A stretch of DNA of 46,314 nt from Longimicrobiales bacterium (GTDB lineage Bacteria > Gemmatimonadota > Gemmatimonadetes > Longimicrobiales > Gaopeijiaceae). A program made the position numbers and the translations under genes. The stretch is from positions 2,524 through 48,837 of the forward strand of contig JBGMRK010000003.1 in the NCBI GenBank assembly GCA_048061375.1, written 5' to 3'. The notes below the pieces were generated by a model that searched no databases, was not told the origin of the DNA, and saw only the letters and a program-made list of their open reading frames with translations. This document shows positions 1-7,236 of the stretch, one piece after another; position 1 is the stretch's first letter; every line of letters begins with the position of its first letter.

Positions 1-94
1 ACTAGATTGCTGTGGGTAGAAAAAAAACATAGTTTCTTCGTGATGCGGTCGATCGGCCGCGTTGCGGTCCTCGGGACGTGCGGGAAGCAGGACG

Positions 95-331
95 ATGTCC
101 GATTCCGTCGACATCAAGATCCTAGAAGTGCTGGAGTCGATTCGACCTGCCCTCCAGGCCGACGGTGGGGACCTCGAGTTCCTGTCGTTCAACCGCCATA
201 ACGGAATCGTCGAGCTCCGCCTCCTGGGCGCTTGCGAATCGTGCCCGATCTCGATGATGACCCTGAAGGAGGGAATCGAACGCCGCCTGAGGGGCAGTGT
301 CCCTGAAGTGACCGCGGTCGACGCGGTGTAG
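95..331 (+). CDS. NifU-like (Nfu-type) Fe-S cluster assembly domain protein
   Basis: ORF 62..331. An internal ATG at 95 is the likely start. Motif LLGACESCPISMMTLKEGIE carries the CxxC typical of the NifU C-terminal domain. Confidence 0.8.
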   Translation: MSDSVDIKILEVLESIRPALQADGGDLEFLSFNRHNGIVELRLLGACESCPISMMTLKEGIERRLRGSVPEVTAVDAV

Positions 332-419
332 GAGCGACCCAGAGCGACCCAGAGGGTTCCAGCGCCGAGAGCGTCCTCTATGGGGCGCCTTTCTTTTAGC
401 CGACGAAAGTGGAGTCTCA

Positions 420-1532
420 ATGAGCAACGATGCCCTGCATCGAGCGGTCCTCGACGCATTGGGGGCCATCATGCACCCTGACGCGGGCAAGGACGTAGTG
501 AGTAGTGGCCTGGTCCGTAACGTGGAAGTCGGAGAAGGCGGATCGGTGAAGTTTTCGTTCGCGCCGGGCCCGCGCGACCCGGGGTCGCTGGCCAAGGAGG
601 CCCGACGGGTTGTCGAGGCGGTGGAGGGGGTCTCGTCGGTCAGAGTGGATGTCCAGCTTCCGCAGACGGCGGCGAGTGGGGAACCGTCGGTTCCACCTTC
701 GCGCGGGCCGGCTCCTGGGTCCGTACCGGCCCCCACGCCCTCGCCGGGTCTGTTGAAGAATGTCGGGGCCATCGTCGCGATCAGTTCGGGCAAGGGTGGT
801 GTCGGTAAGTCCATGGTAGCCGCGAACCTCGCCGCGGCCCTCGCTTCGCGGGGAAAGCGGATCGGCTTGTTGGATGCGGACATTTACGGTCCGAACATCC
901 CCCTGATGTTCGGACAGGACGATCGGCCTCAGGTCACGGGCGATCGCGGCCGGGAGATGATCGAGCCGCTGGAAGCCCACGGAGTGCGCCTCATGAGCTT
1001 GGGATTCCTTCTGGACAAGGAGCAGCCGGCGATCATGCGCGGGCCACTCATCAGCGGAATCCTGCGGCAGTTTCTGGAGCAGGTGGATTGGGGCGAACTC
1101 GACCTCATGGTCGTGGACATGCCGCCCGGGACGGGTGACGCCCAGCTCTCGCTTGTACAGACGATCGACCTTGATGGCGCGGTCATGGTCACGACCCCCC
1201 AGGAGGTGTCCCTCGGGGACGTGCGCCGTGGGATCCGCATGTTCGAACGGGTGAACACGAGGGTGCTTGGTATTGTCGAGAATATGAGCGGACTCGAATG
1301 CCCCCACTGTGGAGAATCGGTGGACGTATTCGGCTCAGGTGGTGGCGAGCGCCTCGCGGAGGAGATGAAACTGCCCTTCCTGGGTCGCGTGCCTCTGGAC
1401 CCGCGGGTCCGGACCGCGGGAGACGAGGGCGTACCGTCCGTACTCGGGGCCAAGGACTCTGACGCCGCCAAGGCGCTCCAAGATGTCGCGAGCGCCGTAG
1501 TTGAGGCGCTCGCCGTCGATGAGCCGGAATGA
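420..1532 (+). CDS. apbC: Mrp/ApbC-type Fe-S cluster carrier ATPase (N-terminal DUF59-like domain, Pro-rich linker, P-loop domain)
   Basis: 370-aa ORF with a deviant Walker A SSGKGGVGKS, DMPPGTGD, and CPHCG near the C-terminus. N-terminal HPDAGKDVVSSGLVRNVEV looks DUF59/MIP18-like. Confidence 0.9.
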   Translation: MSNDALHRAVLDALGAIMHPDAGKDVVSSGLVRNVEVGEGGSVKFSFAPGPRDPGSLAKEARRVVEAVEGVSSVRVDVQLPQTAASGEPSVPPSRGPAPGSVPAPTPSPGLLKNVGAIVAISSGKGGVGKSMVAANLAAALASRGKRIGLLDADIYGPNIPLMFGQDDRPQVTGDRGREMIEPLEAHGVRLMSLGFLLDKEQPAIMRGPLISGILRQFLEQVDWGELDLMVVDMPPGTGDAQLSLVQTIDLDGAVMVTTPQEVSLGDVRRGIRMFERVNTRVLGIVENMSGLECPHCGESVDVFGSGGGERLAEEMKLPFLGRVPLDPRVRTAGDEGVPSVLGAKDSDAAKALQDVASAVVEALAVDEPE

Positions 1533-1774
1533 GGATTGCGCCGCGACCACCCTTATCCCGCAAGGCGTTTGCCGAGATGCCCGTGAATGTCGTGGTGCGT
1601 GACTTTCCAGAGACCCTCCGCGTCCTTGGGAGTGCTCCGGGCTTTTCGCCCAAGTGGGGAGCACTCCGCATTGCGGATCTCGAGGCCGATGTGGACGCAC
1701 TCCTCGACGGCATCGAGTCCGCGACTTCGTGGAGAGGACCGCCGCCGGCCCGAGACCTGCCGCCGCAGGCCTGA
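1529..1774 (+). CDS. small hypothetical protein, possibly DUF1858/ScdA-N-like
   Basis: The ATG at 1529 overlaps the mrp stop (ATGA). Third-position GC looks coding-like. The family assignment is a weak resemblance by eye only. Confidence 0.4.
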   Translation: MRIAPRPPLSRKAFAEMPVNVVVRDFPETLRVLGSAPGFSPKWGALRIADLEADVDALLDGIESATSWRGPPPARDLPPQA

Positions 1775-1812
1775 TACGTGCCGCTGCGGGACTGATACGT
1801 GTCGCCGCAGGT
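1771..1812 (+). repeat. two tandem 21-nt direct repeats (CTGATACGTG-nCGCnGCnGGn), 17/21 identical
   Basis: Unit 1 is 1771..1791 and unit 2 is 1792..1812. Each unit carries TGA-tac-GTG. The unit 1 TGA is the stop of ORF 1529..1774, and the unit 2 GTG (1799) is the GT2 start. Confidence 0.7.
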
Positions 1813-2731
1813 CAGCGTCGTCATGGTGTGCCGAGACGGCCTTCCCTATTTGCTCGAAGCGCTTGGAAGTGTCCTGGCTCAGACCTTCACGGATTGGGAG
1901 TTGGTCTTCTGGGACAACGGCTCGAAGGATGACAGCCGGGAGGCCGCCGCCCGCCTCTCCCCCGACGTCAGGGTCCTCGGAAGCCCGGATCCCATTCCTC
2001 TGGCCGAGGCGAGAAACCGCTTGACCGCCGCCGCGAGGGGCGAATATGTGGCGTTCCTGGATGCGGATGACCTCTGGTATCCCGAGAAGCTCGAGCGGCA
2101 GCTCGAGGCTATGACTGCTCACGGGAGTACGTGGAGCTATACGGATTGTCGCATCGTATCGGCACGCGGAGAGCCGTTGGGCCGGTTCGCCCGGCGCGTC
2201 CCGCAGCGATCCGGGCACGTGACCCGGGCACTACTGCGAGAGAACTTCATTCCGCTCTCCACCGTGGTGATCGATCGCGCGGCCCTCATCGAGGCGGGGG
2301 GCTTCGATGTGACCTTCGGGGTGGCCAACGACTACGATCTCTGGCTGAGGCTCTCCACCCGTACCGCGGTGCTCGGGTGCCCTCGTGTGGCGAGTGCTTA
2401 CCGGGTTCACGGATCCAACCTCACGGGGCGGTACGGGGTCACGTATCGGGAGAATCGCCTAATCTACAGACGCTGGGCGATCGCTGAGGAGCAGCCGGCA
2501 CCCGTGCGCGCAGCGGCTCGTGAAGCCCAAGCGCTACTCAGTTTGAGGTGGGGCCTACGTGAAATCGTCGAGGGCCGAAACCTCAGGCGCGGCTTCAGGC
2601 GTCTGCGAGTGGGTGTCCGAAGGGCAAGGCGTCTACGTACGATTATCCACTTCGCGGTCCGTGCGGTGGCTAGCTCGAGAGTAAGGCTGAAGATGGCCGG
2701 GGAACGCAACCGAGCGCAGCGTAGCAGCTAG
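1799..2731 (+). CDS. family 2 glycosyltransferase
   Basis: 310-aa ORF with a GTG start. N-terminus VSVVMVCRDGLPYLLEALGSVLAQTFTDWELVFWDNGSKDDS and the downstream FLDADD motif are typical of GT-A/GT2. Confidence 0.85.
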   Translation: MSPQVSVVMVCRDGLPYLLEALGSVLAQTFTDWELVFWDNGSKDDSREAAARLSPDVRVLGSPDPIPLAEARNRLTAAARGEYVAFLDADDLWYPEKLERQLEAMTAHGSTWSYTDCRIVSARGEPLGRFARRVPQRSGHVTRALLRENFIPLSTVVIDRAALIEAGGFDVTFGVANDYDLWLRLSTRTAVLGCPRVASAYRVHGSNLTGRYGVTYRENRLIYRRWAIAEEQPAPVRAAAREAQALLSLRWGLREIVEGRNLRRGFRRLRVGVRRARRLRTIIHFAVRAVASSRVRLKMAGERNRAQRSS

Positions 2732-2976
2732 GGCTCCGACCCGGTCTCGCTGTCGAGCCAGCGCCGGTCTGCTGCGGAAAGGGACCCGCCGCGTTTGCGC
2801 TCCATCACCTTGAGCACGACCCAGCCCACGAGAAGTATCGGCGCCACCTTGAAGAGCAGGAAGGCCGCAAGTCCGAGGCCCAGCGACAGCATGGTTCCGA
2901 CCACAGCCAGAGCGACTCCGGCAACCACGAGCGTGACCAACCCAACGGCGAAGAACGTGAGCAACGTACCAATCAT
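2728..2976 (-). CDS. small multi-TM membrane protein (82 aa), last gene of the ECF operon
   Basis: ATG at 2976 is preceded by AGGAG, which overlaps the stop of the upstream gene. The sequence MIGTLLTFFAVGLVTLVVAGVALAVVG... is almost entirely hydrophobic with a charged tail. Its stop overlaps the convergent GT2 stop (CTAG). Confidence 0.6.
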   Translation of the reverse strand: MIGTLLTFFAVGLVTLVVAGVALAVVGTMLSLGLGLAAFLLFKVAPILLVGWVVLKVMERKRGGSLSAADRRWLDSETGSEP

Positions 2977-2986
2977 GTCGTATCTC

Positions 2987-3829
2987 CTAACGGACCCAGA
3001 CGACGTCAATACTTCCGAAGGCTGCATCAATGTCGATCGTGAGGCGCCGATCGGCGTCGTCGTAGTCGAGGGAATAATACGCGTTCCCCCGCTTGACCAG
3101 TCCCTCCGAATCGAACGATGCGAGGAAGGTGTCCTTTACGATCTTGACCCCTAGGCCCACGGGCAACCGGAGTTCCAGAGAGCCGAGGCCCATGTCCACG
3201 GACAATCTCGCGTCACGCTGCCACCTACCGGTGAGGCCCAGACTAATATCACCGACGCCGGCGTCTACCTGAATGGACCTTGCGTTCAGATTACCGAGGC
3301 GACGGGCCGTGAACTCCGCCGCACCCACCTCAAACTGTGCGATATTCATCTCCACAGGGTTCGGCTCTGATACGTCGATGTGCGTCTGCGACGCGCCCGT
3401 CGCAAGGCTCAAGTCGGTGAGCTGGAGTCCGCCCAGGTCGAACTCGGCCTTGACCGCACCGAACTCCATTCGGAGGTCCATAACTACGTTGGTGGACAGT
3501 TCCAAGTCGAATTCGCCGCCCATCTCCCAGCGGCCCAACCGGATGCGGCGCACGAGGTTGTCGGTGCCGAGACGAATCTCGCCGGAGGTGTACTCGGCGA
3601 CCGGTTCGAAGAGCTCTTCGTCGTAACGGAGCCGCATGCGGTAGAGCGCTCCGCCGTCCATCGGGCTTACCGTGAAGTGGCCGGCGCCGTACTGCACGTC
3701 TACCTTCACTTCCTGCTCGTCGCCCAACTGCCTCGACATCGTGACCGTCCGCCAACTCTGTCCGGACAGCCCATTTGCCGAAAGTACCAGGGCAGCCGCG
3801 GCTACCAGCGTGATCCGAGTCCTAGACAT
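2987..3829 (-). CDS. secreted Toastrack-like (DUF2154/DUF4097-like) beta-rich protein
   Basis: The internal ATG at 3829 (MSRTRITLVAAAALVLSANGLSGQ) gives a signal peptide. Repetitive beta-strand units follow (VKAEFDLGG, VGAAEFTARRLG, VGDISLGLTG, GLGSLELRLP), as in the LiaF/LiaG C-terminal domains. There is an 8-nt overlap with the upstream gene. Confidence 0.65.
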   Translation of the reverse strand: MSRTRITLVAAAALVLSANGLSGQSWRTVTMSRQLGDEQEVKVDVQYGAGHFTVSPMDGGALYRMRLRYDEELFEPVAEYTSGEIRLGTDNLVRRIRLGRWEMGGEFDLELSTNVVMDLRMEFGAVKAEFDLGGLQLTDLSLATGASQTHIDVSEPNPVEMNIAQFEVGAAEFTARRLGNLNARSIQVDAGVGDISLGLTGRWQRDARLSVDMGLGSLELRLPVGLGVKIVKDTFLASFDSEGLVKRGNAYYSLDYDDADRRLTIDIDAAFGSIDVVWVR

Positions 3830-5519
3830 CGTTCGCCCCTTCCTCTTCCGCCACGGGCTCCGGCCCGGGCCTGCTGGCATCCCCCTCAACCTCCTGATCG
3901 GCGGCCGTCTCCGGAGCCTCCGAGTCTGGTGCCGCGGCCTGGGCCGCGGGTTCGTCGCGGACCTCCTCGGCCTCAATCACCTCTTCGGCCTCGATGTCGA
4001 CCGTGGGAGTCCAGATGTCGTCGTCGAACGGATCGTGTCCGCCATAGAACTCGGGTTGCCGGCCACCCCTGGTTATGAGTACGGCTCCGAGCCCGATCAA
4101 AAGGGCGGTTATCGTCACGAGGGCCCCTGCTCCCGCTACGAGGGTCTGCAGCACTCCAAGGATCGGCCCGAACATGCCCAGCAAGCTCCCCAAGATCGAT
4201 AGGACCGCGAGGGCCACGATGCCCGCCACCACCGCGTAGAACGTATTGGTGGCCCGCACACGGTCGATGCGACTGAAGTTCTGGTCAGCCAACCACTCGC
4301 CGACATTCCGCGCGACCGCGAGGTATCCGACTCCAACGGCGACCGCGGATACCACCGGGAAGAGCAGGAGCCAGAACGGTAGCGCCAGGATGCCCACGAT
4401 CGAGACCACCAGAGCGATCGACCCGAGGATCCATGCCGGCAGGAAGAGGAAGGCGCCGGCCATCCCGACCATGCCCGCACGAATCGGTGTACGCCGCGCT
4501 GCGTCCGCGATCACGTTCAGCCGATCCTTCCAGAAGAACACGACCAACAGGCTGCCGGCGGCCAGGAGGAACAGCTTGACCAAATCCTCGAAGACCTCTG
4601 CTACTCCTTGCGTGATATCGCCGAAGAATGCCGAAACCCCGGTGTGATCACCACTGGCACGGCCCCCGGTGTTTCTGATCTTGTCGCGGAACTCCGTCTG
4701 AATCTCGGCGCGAAGCCTTCGCTCTACTTGGTCCCGGTCGGACTCCACGGAGACCACCCGGCCCTCGATGGTCCCGCCGTCCCTGTAGAGGCGGGCATCG
4801 ACCAGGCGAAGGTCGCCGGAAATAAGCCCGCCCTCCCCGAGGCGTACCGACCCCTGGGCCACAACGACGTCACCGTCGATCCGGCCTTCAACGGTCAGGT
4901 TACCGTCCACGAGCAAGAGTGGCCCGACGACACGGTCGCCCACGTCCACGACGACGTCCTGCTCCAGATAGATCTGTATCCCCTCCTTCTGCAGGCCGTC
5001 GAGGGCCTCCGCGAGAGCAGAAAGAATGCTCGTCCTCGACAGGAGTTCGAGAAGGTTCAACTCGAAGGAAGGGGAGATTTCATCCACCTCGACGAGACTC
5101 GCATCAACCGTAGGCGGCAGCAGGGCCCCCGCCAGCGCCCCATCCAGCAGCAGCGCGATGTCCGCGGCACTCCCGGTCAATGACGCCAGCGGCTCCCAAG
5201 CGTCGAGCGCACGAGCGAGATCGCCGTCCTCGAGCGTGACTACCTCGCCAAGGAGTTGCCGCCATGCGATATCGAGCTCGTCCCGGCGATCATATGTGCC
5301 CACCAGAGCATCGTCCACGAAGACCTGACCGTCGCGGAACTCGATGTCGAGTCGGCCCTGATCGGCAAACTCGAGATGGATCGACGCCTCCCGTTCCGAG
5401 ATCGCCAGTTGGTTGGAGACCACCTGGCGAACCTGGCCGGACGCGGTAGCCGGCAGCAGCGCGGCGAGCGCTACGGTAAGGAGCGCGGGCGTCAGTCCGC
5501 TAAATCGATGCTTGTGCAT
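3822..5519 (-). CDS. signal-peptide protein with bactofilin-like beta-helix segment, multi-TM C-terminal region and acidic tail
   Basis: The ATG at 5519 (MHKHRFSGLTPALLTVALAALLPATASGQ) gives a signal peptide. VGPLLLVDGNLTVEGRIDGDVVVAQGSVRLGEGGLISGDLRLVDARL resembles polymer-forming cytoskeletal (bactofilin) repeats. About 4-5 hydrophobic helices follow, then an E/D/A/P-rich tail. Confidence 0.65.
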   Translation of the reverse strand: MHKHRFSGLTPALLTVALAALLPATASGQVRQVVSNQLAISEREASIHLEFADQGRLDIEFRDGQVFVDDALVGTYDRRDELDIAWRQLLGEVVTLEDGDLARALDAWEPLASLTGSAADIALLLDGALAGALLPPTVDASLVEVDEISPSFELNLLELLSRTSILSALAEALDGLQKEGIQIYLEQDVVVDVGDRVVGPLLLVDGNLTVEGRIDGDVVVAQGSVRLGEGGLISGDLRLVDARLYRDGGTIEGRVVSVESDRDQVERRLRAEIQTEFRDKIRNTGGRASGDHTGVSAFFGDITQGVAEVFEDLVKLFLLAAGSLLVVFFWKDRLNVIADAARRTPIRAGMVGMAGAFLFLPAWILGSIALVVSIVGILALPFWLLLFPVVSAVAVGVGYLAVARNVGEWLADQNFSRIDRVRATNTFYAVVAGIVALAVLSILGSLLGMFGPILGVLQTLVAGAGALVTITALLIGLGAVLITRGGRQPEFYGGHDPFDDDIWTPTVDIEAEEVIEAEEVRDEPAAQAAAPDSEAPETAADQEVEGDASRPGPEPVAEEEGANDV

Positions 5520-6477
5520 AGGGCTGTTCCGTGCGTCGTGTTTGAAAGAGGTTTGCGTAGAGAATCCATCCCGCCGAACCGGAGAGAGCCGCAAACGCAA
5601 CGGCGCCCGTCAAGGCGATCAGGGGACTCCCCGACAAGAAATCGACAAAAGCGTAGGCCTGGAACGCGACTGCAGACTCGACAGCACCTTCCATCAGCGC
5701 AGATCCGAGCGCCGTACCCAATTCCGTCACCTTCCATGAGAGGAAGGACGCCAGATACCTTGGCGTCAGCACCGGATTGGAGAACACCTCGAAAAGGAGC
5801 ACCGAGCCGATCGTGATGGGTGGCATGGCGAGACCGGCGACGGCCGCCCAGGCCCGACGGGTCCGTGGCACCAGGCGCTTCACTCGGGCGAACGCACCGA
5901 TCCTGGCCGCGGCGGGCTCCCACGCTTCCACGAGCTGGAGCACCCGGTGCTGCGCCATGACGCGCTCGTAGAAGCCCTCCGCGGGCTCCAGGGAATGAAG
6001 CGTTCCGAGGCCCTCGAAGAGCCCCTGCCAGGCGGCCACATCGGAGCGGCACGCCGCACAGCCAGAGATATGTGCCTCGATCCGGGCCACCTGTCGAGCT
6101 GGTACGAGCCCTTCGATGTAGTCCTGGACCCGCTCGGGTGAGAGGTGCTCCTTGGCAGCTCTGCCTCCCACAGAGATCCAAGCGCCGACCTTTTGCCGCC
6201 ATGAAGCAGCGCCGTCTTGAGCGGGCATGTGTTCTAGCACACGCGCAGCGAAGTCATGGGACGGCCCGATCTCCGCCAGGCCGCCGAGCTCCGCATAAAG
6301 AAGTTGCCAGGCTTCGAGATCGGCCTGACAACGGGAGCAGAACACAACGTGCTCCTGGGCGTCAGCGAACTCTCCATCGGAGAGTTGCCCGTCCAGAAGC
6401 GCTTGGATCTGCTGGGCTGTCAGGTGCCTGTTCATTTCACCAGGAAAACCATTCGAAAAGTCATCGTTGTTCCACAT
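5500..6477 (-). CDS. membrane anti-sigma factor with two tandem zf-HC2 (HxxxCxxC) domains
   Basis: HVVFCSRC and HISGCAAC each sit in a repeated unit of about 65 aa. Hydrophobic segments lie at the C-terminus. The gene is immediately downstream of the ECF sigma. The start is ambiguous (6477 or ATG 6435). Confidence 0.8.
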   Translation of the reverse strand: MWNNDDFSNGFPGEMNRHLTAQQIQALLDGQLSDGEFADAQEHVVFCSRCQADLEAWQLLYAELGGLAEIGPSHDFAARVLEHMPAQDGAASWRQKVGAWISVGGRAAKEHLSPERVQDYIEGLVPARQVARIEAHISGCAACRSDVAAWQGLFEGLGTLHSLEPAEGFYERVMAQHRVLQLVEAWEPAAARIGAFARVKRLVPRTRRAWAAVAGLAMPPITIGSVLLFEVFSNPVLTPRYLASFLSWKVTELGTALGSALMEGAVESAVAFQAYAFVDFLSGSPLIALTGAVAFAALSGSAGWILYANLFQTRRTEQPYAQASI

Positions 6478-6532
6478 GCGGCCCTACGGGCCTCCGGAGC
6501 GGAAAGTTTCACCATTATCGTTTGATGCCAGG

Positions 6533-7180
6533 TCATTGTGCGAGGTGGGCCAGATGCTCCTTCAGCTCACTCCTGGCGCGGTGTAGGTACGTCTTCACCG
6601 TACCGAGGGGGAGTTCCATGATTTCTGCGATTTCATCGTACGCATATCCCTCCACATGGCGGAGCAGGATGGCGGTTCGATACTCGGGCCGGAGTTTCCC
6701 GATCGCATGCTCGATTTGGCTCCCCAATTCCTTGTGTTCCACATATTCCTGCGGGCTCTCCTCCCCAGACTCGACCACCAGGCGCGTCTCCTCCTCCTCG
6801 CGGGCCGTGCGGGCATGGGGTGACCCGTGGATCGACACGGTATCGAGCTTGCGCTTTCTAAGGTGATCTATGGTGTGGTTGTTCGAGATCTTGAAGATCC
6901 AACTGCTGAACTTGTACCGAGGATTGTACGAACCGATGGCCCCGAACGCTCGGATGAAGGCCTCCTGCGCAAGATCCTCGGCCAACGATCGATCACGAAC
7001 CATGCGGAATACGAGCGAAAAGATCGGACGTTGGTACCGTCTGAGAAGCTCTCCGAATGCCGCCTGTCTGCCCTCGGCGGCGAGGGAAGCGAGCTCTTTG
7101 TCAGACAGTTCAGCGTAATCCAACGCGACCGAGCTCCCGTGTGAAGATGGTGGCTGGGGAGAGGGTAGCCAGCTCCTCAC
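6533..7180 (-). CDS. ECF-type RNA polymerase sigma-70 family factor
   Basis: Region 2 (RRYQRPIFSLVFRMVRDRSLAEDLAQEAFIRAF, FSSWIFKISNNHTIDHLR) and region 4 (YRTAILLRHVEGYAYDEIAEIMELPLGTVKTYLHRAR) are both present. The true start may be the GTG near 7129. Confidence 0.9.
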   Translation of the reverse strand: MRSWLPSPQPPSSHGSSVALDYAELSDKELASLAAEGRQAAFGELLRRYQRPIFSLVFRMVRDRSLAEDLAQEAFIRAFGAIGSYNPRYKFSSWIFKISNNHTIDHLRKRKLDTVSIHGSPHARTAREEEETRLVVESGEESPQEYVEHKELGSQIEHAIGKLRPEYRTAILLRHVEGYAYDEIAEIMELPLGTVKTYLHRARSELKEHLAHLAQ

Positions 7181-7236
7181 CCCGGCCGGTACCTTGTGGG
7201 GGAAACGACGGTAAAGTTAACCAAGTCACGGATTTC

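Noticed and set aside
1-94. AT-rich stretch with an A8 tract (TTGCTG-N17-TAGTTT) upstream of the Nfu-like gene, which could be a promoter or the T-tract of a minus-strand terminator.
   Set aside because: It lies at the window edge with no upstream context. The hexamers are weak and no stem precedes the T-tract on the minus strand.
417-1307. 296-aa minus-strand ORF antisense to mrp. Similar long antisense or alternate-frame ORFs occur at 13220..14524, 16598..17893, 21265..22101, 23299..24100, 27410..28312, 40476..41729 and 45443..46288.
   Set aside because: Each lies fully inside a confidently recognised gene on the other strand or in another frame. Their translations are Arg/Pro/Gly-rich low-complexity strings typical of stop-poor frames in GC-rich DNA. 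No recognisable motifs were seen.
3963-3998. In-frame 18-nt tandem duplication (14/18 identical) encoding (V/D)IEAEE twice in the acidic tail of the beta-helix membrane protein.
   Set aside because: It is a short low-complexity duplication within a disordered acidic tail and is most simply replication slippage. It is not a regulatory or mobile repeat.
7121-7236. An ECF-type autoregulatory promoter (AAC-N16/17-CGT) in the sigma/ubiE divergent region, for example GGTTAACTTT and CCGTCGTT.
   Set aside because: The spacings between AAC-like and CGT-like elements (13, 19 and 21 nt) do not fit the expected 16-17 nt, so no promoter is claimed.
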